From Albugo candida (taxonomy: Eukaryota): a stretch of 64,000 nt of DNA. The translations under genes were made by a program, and so were the position numbers. The notes below the pieces were generated by a model. That model saw nothing but the letters and a program-made list of their open reading frames with translations. It did not search any database and was not told the origin of the DNA. Numbering within the stretch: position 1 is the first letter of the stretch; every line of letters starts with the position of its first letter. Location: the NCBI GenBank assembly GCA_040437565.1, contig JBDOQK010000073.1:1-64000 (forward strand). Reading direction: 5' to 3'. Shown here piece after piece: positions 23,601 through 33,311 of this stretch.

Positions 23601-26600
23601 TCCTCCTTTACAAGGTATCGGTGTCGTCGATCCTTGCGGACAATACGTTCCCATCGGACATTCTTCGCATTCGTCGACGTGTGAGATGTCTGTTTTCGCG
23701 GTGAAATACCCGCTGGGACACGGGAATTCCGTCGGTGAAGACGTTCCTTGCGGGCAGTAATGTCCCGACGCACAATTTCCATCGATACGATCCTTTCCGC
23801 CGACACAATACATTCCGTTCGGACAAATGTCGCACTCTTGTTCATTTGCGAGATTTGTTTGACTCGTATACGTTCCAGGAAGACATGGGAATTGTGTCGC
23901 ATACGCGGTTTGATTCGGACAATAATGACCCAACGCACACATTTGCATTGGCGTTGCATCGCCTCCCGTTCCAGACACACACGCATGTCGTTGGGGACAC
24001 ACAGTGCATTCCTCCATACGTATGAGATCGTTTCGATTCGTATACGTTCCCGCAGGACACGCGAGTGGAAGGACTGTTCCTTTCGGACAATAATGACCCA
24101 ACGCACATCGCTGTTGAACCATTGGTGTTCCGATACGCGGACACATCCATCCCGACGGACATTCCATGCATTCGTATACCGCTGCTGCTCCCGTGTTTGG
24201 ATTGTAAGTGCCTGCGGGACATAACGTCGGCGAAGAGCTTTTCTCGGGACAATATGCGGCGACTTGACAAATCGAACATTCCAACGCTTGAACGAGTCCT
24301 GTGCGATCGCTAAATGTCCCTGCAGGACACGGATACTGATCTGATGATGCGGTTCCTTCCTTACAAAAACTACCGCGAGGACACGGCGTTGGATCCGAGG
24401 TTGCTTGACCGCAATATCGACCTGCAGGACACATACTGCACGCATTGGAATCGATTTGACCGTACTGAGGATTGTACGTTCCATAAGGACACGGATACTG
24501 ACTGCTTCTTTGCGTTCCTGCGGGGCAAAAGTATCCGGGAGGACATAATCGCATTGTGTTTCTTGTGCTTCCAATGTCGCAGTAATATCCTTCGAGACAT
24601 GAATGACACGCGTGTGTGAGACTTTGACCTGCAGTGACGTTCCCAAACGTTCCCAAAGGACATAATGTGAGACTGTATGACGGATTGCAATAGCTTCCCA
24701 TCGGACATTCGTCTTGGATCGGCGTGGAAGTGGTCGAGCCTGGACTGCATCGATAGCCTGGACGACATAACGCACATGCTTCCCATCCACCAGGACTGAA
24801 GTAGCCAATTGGACAAAGACGAGGTACATCTTGAGGTCGTGGACATTCGTATCCTGGAGGACAATCACTGCAGCTGGATGAAGATTCGACGCTGAATGTT
24901 CCCAAGGAGCAATTCTTTACGACTTGTGGCGTGTCGCAATATGAGCCTCGAGGACATTGGATGCAGAATGCGTTTCCAGACAAAGAATATGTTCCAAGCG
25001 GACACGGGATAAAATCTTGACTGCTGACACTGGAGCATGAGAAGCCTGCAGGACAAGGAAGACAGCTCGCTTGTGCTCCGAGAGAATACGTTCCAATTTC
25101 ACACGCGATTGAAATGTTTCGCGTACTGTCGGGACACACGAATCCGGAAGAACACGGCGTGCATATGGCACTACACCCGATGCTGAATGTCCCGGGAACG
25201 CATGGAATTGGTTCGTGATCGCTTGGACGTGGACATGCAAAGCCGGGAGGACATTTCGTGCATGTTGTGACCGCTCCACCAGCGATTGTGTACGTTCCAA
25301 TTGGACACAATGCATTCGCTGAGCCGTCTGTGAGTGGGCACATATACCCCGCGGGACAGAATGTGCATCGATCTTGTTTTTCGAGAGAGAATGTTCCCAT
25401 TGGACACGCGATACATTCGTCTTGTCGTTGAGCACTGAAGGTTCCTGACGCACATGGACGCGGATCCGAGTCGAAAATCGAGCAGGAAAAGCCTTGTGGA
25501 CATGAAATGCATTCATCTCTCTCGGTGTTGTGTGTTTCTCCGTTTGGACACGCGATTGATTTCGTGTTTGGAAAGGGACATTTGCTTTTATTCGGACAAG
25601 ACGTACAGACATGTTGTCCTCCAATGCTAAAGGTTCCACGCGGACATTGTTGAGGCTGTAGCGTCGATGTGCAAAATGCTTCCAAAGTGTCGTTGGATGA
25701 GGTTTCAAATTCACAGGATGCACAGCCTCCTTGGCAGAAATGACCCGATGGACATGAGATGCATTCGCGTTTCCATTTGGCTAAAGCAGAGCCTGGCGGA
25801 CAAGGAACACACGAATTGGAAGGTTGAATGTATCCGAGGACATCGCTTTGCGGTGTGAAAAAGACGTCGGAAAAGGCTGAGCGGATGGAATGACGCAATA
25901 TGATCGCTGTGCCTGTGTCAATGGAAGCATTGGCGACATGAATCCACACGCTTTTGGGTCGCCAGTCGTTCGGATGGAAACGCACGATCAAAGGCTGTAC
26001 GTTCAGCAGACTGAGTGGAGTTTGTGTGTTTCTGTCGATGCTTTCTATCCCAATTTCGAGCAATTCTTCCGGTTGGAATAAAAGTTGGATCGCGTACGAG
26101 ACGTTTTGCTCCGATAAAAGTCCCAAATGTCGCGTTGATAAGCGTATGGTTGGCGTTGTTGTATCGGTGAGAGAGAGAGCAATATCATTCGGTTGTGACC
26201 ATAAGTCTGTTTGATTCGATGGAAGCTCTATTTCGTGATGGAGAGAATTCCAATTGACACATTGAATTCGAAGATCCTGAGGCATGGAGACGTCGATGAC
26301 AGTGATTTGCGTCCAATTGGCCATTGAATACACGACGTACGATGGAGACAATTGGACAGAATAATTGGCACAATTGGGTGAGAATGTGAATCGATGCACA
26401 ATACGAATTCTCAATTGCGTGTCGTCTGTTGGACGTGAGGATTCTTCCAGCTGCAGGCTGTATGTAGAGGACGCTCCACCTTCACGCAAGCTGATTTGTG
26501 TTCGATTGAGAAGAATACTGGCTCGTGAGAGGAAAATATGACTCAGATCGATAAAGCCTTGATCCATTAAGAGTCCATCGGAATTGGTTGTGTCAATACG

Positions 26601-27521
26601 CAATAAGGAGCCTATGGGACCTTCCATCGATGGCTGAATGACGTCTATAGTGACGTTGATATCTTTGTCGGAAAGCTTTCCCTCGATAAATAATTGCTCC
26701 CGTTTCACTTTCCAGCTGCATTCCGCTCCATTCACTGCCACTCGAAACGTGTCAGAGGAGAGTCTGTACGTCTTCGGAAAGGTGAATATCATTGCTTGAT
26801 GGAGATCCGAAACGCTGAGGTCGAATGAAATGGAGATGGAGGCACTTCTTCCCATCAGCGTCGAGTTCATGGAGATCGATGGATGCCAAATTTTTTGTGG
26901 GGAAATATCCAAGCCATCGAGTACCGAGATCCAAGGGACGAATGACTGGAGATCAATGCTTTGATTCTTCAAAGTGCTGTTGTAAATCGCGAGAAAGCCT
27001 AAAGGTGACGCGATTCTCATTGCGTACGGTGGATTCTGTGCGTTTGATAATGAGAAACGCAATTTTGTTTGATTGAGAATGCGGGAACGCGTGTCTTCCG
27101 GCTGAGAGATGAGAATGTAATGTGATATCGTGTCATTGTCGAGTGCGAGTGCGTCAGTGACAAATTGTTTGAGGGATTGAAAATTGGCCGAGCAATTGCA
27201 TTGTAGCGATGAGCGTACGGGAGGCGAAATGAACTCAACAAGAGACATTCTGGAGGGAACATCGTCTTCGAATACTTTAAAGGTGCTTTGATTTGCGTCA
27301 TTGATTGTGAATGCGGAGGAGAGGCCAATGAGGAATGTTGCATCGGATGAAATGTCGAATTCAGAGGTGAAGGAGAACGCCAAGCGCGTTGTTGCATTGG
27401 CAGATGTGTTGCTGGATGAAATAGGAATAGAATAAACCTGGTCGGATGCTGTATAAGCCAATAGAACGAGCAAAAATGCGGTCCAAAGTGTGGCAGGACG
27501 GCAGGAAGTACGCCCTTTCAT
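11627..27521 (-). CDS. Giant (~5,000 aa) type-I membrane protein: signal peptide, Ig/Calx-beta-like modules, long GCC2/GCC3 (ephrin-receptor-like) Cys-repeat array, single TM, long cytoplasmic coiled coil
   Basis: Signal LWTAFLLVLLAYTAS, dozens of CPxGxYC/CPxGTF repeats, TM WSLIAGLLVGLFVLLASVIMALYVF (~16625-16699) and an E/K/Q-rich tail. The two track ORFs join once the gap-flanking duplications (offsets 283 and 612) are removed. One real gap remains at 13166-13265. Confidence 0.9.
22958..24080. repeat. Gap-flanking direct duplication (assembly overlap artefact, largest fully visible example)
   Basis: ~510 nt on each side of the N-run 23469-23568 are apparently identical (offset 612). Confidence 0.9.
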
Positions 27522-27622
27522 GAGGTACCTGTTTGATCACATACATTGCGATAACGCATCCACCTGTTATAACGAATAACATCCTAAATTCCTGTCGTCA
27601 TATCAATAAAGCTCAGCGCTGC

Positions 27623-28348
27623 TTAAAGAGCTTTCTCTTTCCTAGATGCTTGCATTGGAGCTTTGACTGTATCGCTCTCTTTCATTGATACTTCTGTAGA
27701 AGTGATGGCATTGTAGTAGTCACGAGACACCTTCCAGGATTTCGATAATATCCAGGATCCTACTGAAAGAAGCGCACTCTTTTCATCATTGCGACCTGTG
27801 TGCTCGACTTTATCCGAAGTGGGTTTTTGGTGATCTTGAGCATCCATCACATGATCAAACTCGGTCCCTACCACAAGTTTCTTGGGTCGATTTCGCTTGT
27901 CTAATCGGATGCGTGCCTACCCATCCCAAAGTTGCACAAACAGTTCAAAAACAGGGCAGTACATTCGTACCTTTGCGATCAGAATTCCTAATGATGCGCC
28001 TACCGTCATGCTCGGCAAAAGTACGAGAAATCCAACCAGCGGATGTGGCAGTAATATGAAAAGAATCAGACCGAAAAGCCATCCGCAGAATGCTCCAATA
28101 CTACCGCAAAAACATGATAGGTAAAGCAGCCGCTTGTACATTTTGCTTTCCCATCGCCAATTTTGCTCCATTTCGCACATTTTCTGCTCTGTTTGTAAGC
28201 GCAATTTCTCCGCTGTCCACGCACGACTTTCAAACGTGCGTTCAACCACGTCACGATGGTATTGTAGTTCTCTCTGTAGCTCTTTGGAAACCGCAATTGC
28301 AGCGTCGCGTTGCGCCAGCAGTTCTTCTTCCATTTCGATGCACTTCAA
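27623..28348 (-). CDS. Hypothetical coiled-coil plus two-TM membrane protein; intron 27917-27970
   Basis: Coiled coil then a hydrophobic hairpin. A phase-0 GT..AG intron joins LGILIAK to ARIRLDKRNRPKKLVVGTEF. The 5' end is uncertain. Confidence 0.65.
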
Positions 28349-28595
28349 GAATCAGAGTTTTAGCCAATCGGAGTAAGATACGATTCGGCAGATTGCTCGT
28401 ATGGGAGACAAAAATATACATTATTACGCAATACTAGTGCTCCTGCCTCGAATGTCTACATCAATGCTTGAGTGTGAGGAGTATCTTTATGAAACGATAC
28501 ATTCATGCGTTCTAAACCATCTTCATTGCTACTTGTATCCCTCAATTGTGCAATTGGCCGGTAAACCGATGTAATATTACAGTGCTACCGGCGCG

Positions 28596-29702
28596 TCAAA
28601 ACGTCAATTCGCGAGTTTGTGGGTCGGACTCATTTACAGTTTCGTCTGCTTTGCTGTTTGTTGCTTGCTGTAAGACTGGAATTAGGCAGAATTCGATGCA
28701 TTCGGGTTTTCCGGTACCATCAAAAATCAAAGAGGTCATCAATGACACAGGAATGGGTCCATTGACACTAGACGCCTTTACCAGCCAAGAATGAGGTGAT
28801 TTCCTCACAAATACACGCATAAAAATCTCTTCGAGCTGGCTCGTATCGTTGCAAATGAACCGGTTCGAATCATGCTCTTTCAAGATAGCTTCCATATCAA
28901 CTCCCGCATGTCTCAAAAACGCATTGTTACAAAACTGAATTCGTTGTTCTAAACTGACAATCACTCGCGCAATAGAAGACTGTTCAAAACAGCGACGGTA
29001 CATCCTTTTCGACTCCACATTCTCAAATGCATTGTCGCTTTTCATTTTATAAAGATTCACTTGGTTTTCCGCACGTTCTGCTTTTTGTTTCGCAACAGCC
29101 AAAGTATTGCGTAATTTATAAATATAATGAGACGTGTTGTCTAAGATCGACTGCTTGTTTTTCTTAGACTGTACACCAGCTTCATCCAAAATCGCCTTCA
29201 GCTCGTTGATGCGATCATTCAGCTTCGACATGCGCTTCTTCTCTTTCAGATTGAGCTCCTCACGCGATCGCTTTAGTCCCAGCGAGTACGCATTAGTCGA
29301 ATTGTTCGAAAACGTATCCTGATTTGGTGTGTCATTGGAGTAATCGCTCGAAACGGAGGACATCGAGTTTTCTAGATGCGGAAAGTAATGGTTTTGATGG
29401 TTCATACTCAACATGAGCGGTTCGTGATCCACATCACCAGTATACGGGTGAGGTGTTAGTTGTTGCGGTGGTGTAGTGCCGTATTGATATGTGTTGACAT
29501 TGATTGGGTTATTATCATTTATTATTTGTACTTGATGTGTGTTGGAATCGCATTGATACAACCGCGGTCGTTCACAACTCGGATGATGAACCAGCTGGGG
29601 TTGTTGCGAATGCATCGATTGAAATACAGGGGAAAGGGTGGTGCGTCCACTCCCACGTGGTGTGCGAGTAGGATCATACGTATTGGTAGACGATGTCAAC
29701 AT
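28596..29702 (-). CDS. bHLH-PAS transcription factor
   Basis: bHLH KRSREELNLKEKKRMSKLNDRINELKAIL...KQSILDNTSHYIYKL, then a short coil, then PAS-like YRRCFEQSSIARVIVSLEQRIQFCNNAFLRHAG. Confidence 0.85.
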   Translation of the reverse strand: MLTSSTNTYDPTRTPRGSGRTTLSPVFQSMHSQQPQLVHHPSCERPRLYQCDSNTHQVQIINDNNPINVNTYQYGTTPPQQLTPHPYTGDVDHEPLMLSMNHQNHYFPHLENSMSSVSSDYSNDTPNQDTFSNNSTNAYSLGLKRSREELNLKEKKRMSKLNDRINELKAILDEAGVQSKKNKQSILDNTSHYIYKLRNTLAVAKQKAERAENQVNLYKMKSDNAFENVESKRMYRRCFEQSSIARVIVSLEQRIQFCNNAFLRHAGVDMEAILKEHDSNRFICNDTSQLEEIFMRVFVRKSPHSWLVKASSVNGPIPVSLMTSLIFDGTGKPECIEFCLIPVLQQATNSKADETVNESDPQTRELTF

Positions 29703-31441
29703 TTGTTTGTTGAGAAATAAATTGACGAAACTAATGCGAAAATGAAGCAGATGCTATGGAAGAATGCGATCAATTTTAGAAGTGTAAATTGACAACTGGC
29801 TAGGTGTGTTGTGTAACCCAGCTGGCTGCTCGAAAACGTATACATATCGATACCCCTAGTTGCCTTTCCCATCTACATTAGGTGACAAATAGAAAGTGTA
29901 GCGTGTAGGGTATTTGCTATGGCTTCAAGAAGGTCGAGTTTCGGTTGAATATGTCACTCCTTTTTCTCTTTTCTGATTCTAGAAATTACGTAACATGCTG
30001 CGATAAGTAGGGGTTGGTATGACGAAGAAGTCGCTAGGTGTAAATTAATGAAATGCAATCTCGAAAAAGGAAAGACACATCACCCGTGCGTGAAGTCAGA
30101 GGCTTTAAGCATTATCAATTGATTGTCAAAGGTAGCACGTATGACCTTTTTGCTGGGTGGCATTTCTGATGGCAAATTGAACGAACGGTAAATGCGTTTT
30201 GTGCACAACATTAACGCAAAATCCGAACATGTTGAACATTATAAACATTATAAATTTGTACAGCCTCACTTTTGTGATTTTATCAATTGTTGAAGTCACC
30301 GATCTTTTTTCGCGGTTTGGGAAGAATCGAACCAAGCACCATGCCACATTGTATAAAAAGTGTGATGCGTAAGATATCTTTGATTNNNNNNNNNNNNNNN
30401 NNNNNNNNNNNNNNNNNNNNNNNNNNNNNNNNNNNNNNNNNNNNNNNNNNNNNNNNNNNNNNNNNNNNNNNNNNNNNNNNNNNNNGTGAAGTCAGAGGCT
30501 TTAAGCATTATCAATTGATTGTCAAAGGTAGCACGTATGACCTTTTTGCTGGGTGGCATTTCTGATGGCAAATTGAACGAACGGTAAATGCGTTTTGTGC
30601 ACAACATTAACGCAAAATCCGAACATGTTGAACATTATAAACATTATAAATTTGTACAGCCTCACTTTTGTGATTTTATCAATTGTTGAAGTCACCGATC
30701 TTTTTTCGCGGTTTGGGAAGAATCGAACCAAGCACCATGCCACATTGTATAAAAAGTGTGATGCGTAAGATATCTTTGATTTTCTGAATCAACGATAAGG
30801 CTTTGTAGACTCATGTAGATAGGAGGAGGTAGCATGCCAGTTCAAACCGTATAACAGAGAAAAAGGTCGAATGCGTACTTTGTACTGTTACAATTCGGTA
30901 CTCGCTTCTACGCCAGTCGATCTATGCAATCTTTTTGACTGGACGAATGTATGCGTTAGATTTTCTGACTCAGCAATGTCGAAATACGGAGATTTCACTT
31001 TCATTGTATTGGTGCAAAGTGAAAAAGTACCTTCTCATTTTGGAATTGTGTGGAATTCTGCAAATCAGCTTTTACCGAAGCATTGCCTATTTGGACCTCT
31101 GAAATTTGATGTCGGACCAAACTTGCGTTCAAAAATGTCATTATTACAAATAGCTAACTATCATCTATTCACAACTTGACTCACGTTAGCAAAACATAAG
31201 GATTTGTCCTAGATACTATTGAAGAAGTTGATTGAGGATTAACTAGAACACTTCGTGCCGATTTTGAATGTCGTGTAGTCTTACTCTAGAAGATCCTTGG
31301 CGAATAGGTTATCGATACATCGTGTGGTACATTCCGATTCGTGTGCGCTAAAACTTTGATACTTCTCTTCAACGCTTTTCTTCTAAATAGCGTGTCAGAA
31401 ACATCTATGAAACACTTATGTACATAATATTAGTGGTTTGA

Positions 31442-31840
31442 TTAATGTTCGATTGTCGATTGAGCGCTTGTCTCCAGAAGCTTTGCTTCATTTAGATACT
31501 GCTCACGCGTCCAAGTTTTGAGCTGTAGCGCATGAATCTGAACGAGTTCTTCTCTTAGGTACCCATAAACACTTTGATGACGTTCTAGCAGACCTTGACC
31601 TACACAAAATCTCGTTATTCCCGCTTGCAATGCTCATTTGGCTTAATGGCACCTTCAAATCCATCGTGGACCACCAGCAGACTGTAGCGACATTTACATC
31701 CATCCGACCAGTCCACTGCCTCGACATGATACGCACCGAGTGTCTACAATCACACGTGTCACCATGTTGTATTCCTCGCCTGTAGAAACATTCATCACCT
31801 TTGCCAATTTCCGCTCTAAATACGTTGGAGTGATTATCAT
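31442..31840 (-). CDS. BolA-family protein (BolA2-like, 96 aa); exons 31840-31799, 31743-31653, 31599-31442
   Basis: Manual splicing gives MIITPTYLERKLAKTLGAYHVEAVDWSDGCKCRYSLLVVHDGFEGQGLLERHQSVYGYLREELVQIHALQLKTWTREQY..., which carries the BolA FEG/RH/IHAL signatures. Confidence 0.9.
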
Positions 31841-32010
31841 TTCCGATTCTAACGTGGACCACGGAATTAAGAAGCATTCGCGTTGGACTGAATTATGATC
31901 TTTTATTTAGAGTGAACCACATAATCACATAATGACAGGAAATATGAAAGCAAATGCAATTTCAAGTGATTTCATTTCTCTCCTCACGCAACTGACTTGC
32001 ATCCGAGAGA

Positions 32011-33271
32011 CTATTTTGCCTCAAATTCCAGTAAGTTTATAGTCCTCTCTGCGATAGTGAGTGCGGACGTAAGTCCAGGCGACTCAATTCCACATAAATG
32101 CACAACTCCGGGCACTCGGTGCACAGACGGTCCCTAAACCTCAGCTCGCGGTTCACATCGGAAATCACTGGCGGGGAAGTGCTCACGTACCGCAATGCAG
32201 AAATCCTCATGCAATTGCCCATTTACCTGAGTGATTTTAGGTCGAATCCCACAATAATCGGCCTCTAAGTCGTCTGCATCGACCGCAGGCCAATATCTTT
32301 GGATACGCTCAACAAACCCGACCTTTTTCCTATCATCCGGGACATAATCAATTCGGTCCACGAGCTCAACATCGGGCCCAAACCGTGCGGAACCGTCCAT
32401 ACTGAGAGTCAAATGAATGCCAAGACCTCCCGGCTCTGGAACAGGATAGATCAGACGCTTAAAAGGAACTGGAACACTTGGACGTAATCGAAAGTATGTT
32501 CCCTTGCTCCATTTTAACGGCAGACGGGGTCGATTCACATCATGAAGGGGCCACAAATTAGGTGCTAAAAGTCCAGTGGCATTCACAAATAAGTGCGCTT
32601 CCACATCGTAAAGTTCGCCTTCTTGCGCCACCGAAATCCTTTGACAATTGGAATCAAATCGGATGCTTTTAACAGTTGCGTTGGTGAGAATACTGACTCC
32701 ATGACGCGTAGCGTCGCGCTCCAAAGCGCCCATCAGCGCAGAAGAGTCGATAATGCCAGTCGAAGGGGAGAAAAGTGCCTACAGCTCGTATCAGCGATCA
32801 ATCCATTCCAAGACGCAATTCCACCTGATCACAGTCCAATTGAGGCTCCATAGCAGTGGCTTCGTCTCTTGATAGCATTCTCAAGTCGTGAACGCCATTC
32901 TTCAAGCCATTTTGTAACAAAAGATCGAGAATCTCGGTCTACGGAACGCTGTTATTCGATTCGTATGGCTATTTTCCACGTACTTGACCGCGTTCTGCAA
33001 CAATCAGTTTGCCGCATTTCCTAAAAGGAACTTCGTTATCGCTGCAAAATCGGTACAGAGCTTCTTTTCCAGCCACACAGAGCGCTGCCTTGAGCCCGGA
33101 AGATGGATAATAAATGCCCGCATGTACGACTTGACTGTTTCGAGATGAAGTTTCTTGCCCAATGTACGCATTTTTCTCCAGTACAAACGTTTCCAGGCCG
33201 CGTATTGCCGCCAAACGAGCGATACTGAGACCAATGACTCCGCCACCAGCGACCACCAAAGTTTTATTCAT
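32011..33271 (-). CDS. L2HGDH: L-2-hydroxyglutarate dehydrogenase-like FAD oxidoreductase (4 exons)
   Basis: GGGVIG FAD motif, [32 protein letters not shown] and YCGIRPK. The last exon is [14 protein letters not shown], ending at TAG 32011-32013. Confidence 0.92.
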
Positions 33272-33311
33272 CAGTATACAAAAACCAAGATTAAATTTTC
33301 ATTGGGTCTCA

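Noticed and set aside
22262-24868. 868-aa alternative-frame ORF and many other shadow ORFs inside the giant gene
   Set aside because: The V/R-rich periodic sequence is a frameshifted reading of the TGT-CCN repeat codons, inflated by the duplication and Ns.
18609-25800. Regularly recurring GGACA/CGTTCCCATCGGACA motifs resembling a CRISPR or satellite array
   Set aside because: They encode CPxG Cys-repeat units, vary at synonymous sites, and lie in a eukaryotic CDS.
30090-30781. Apparent tandem duplicate 73-aa ORFs
   Set aside because: Identical copies flank an N-gap, so this is an overlap artefact in non-coding DNA.
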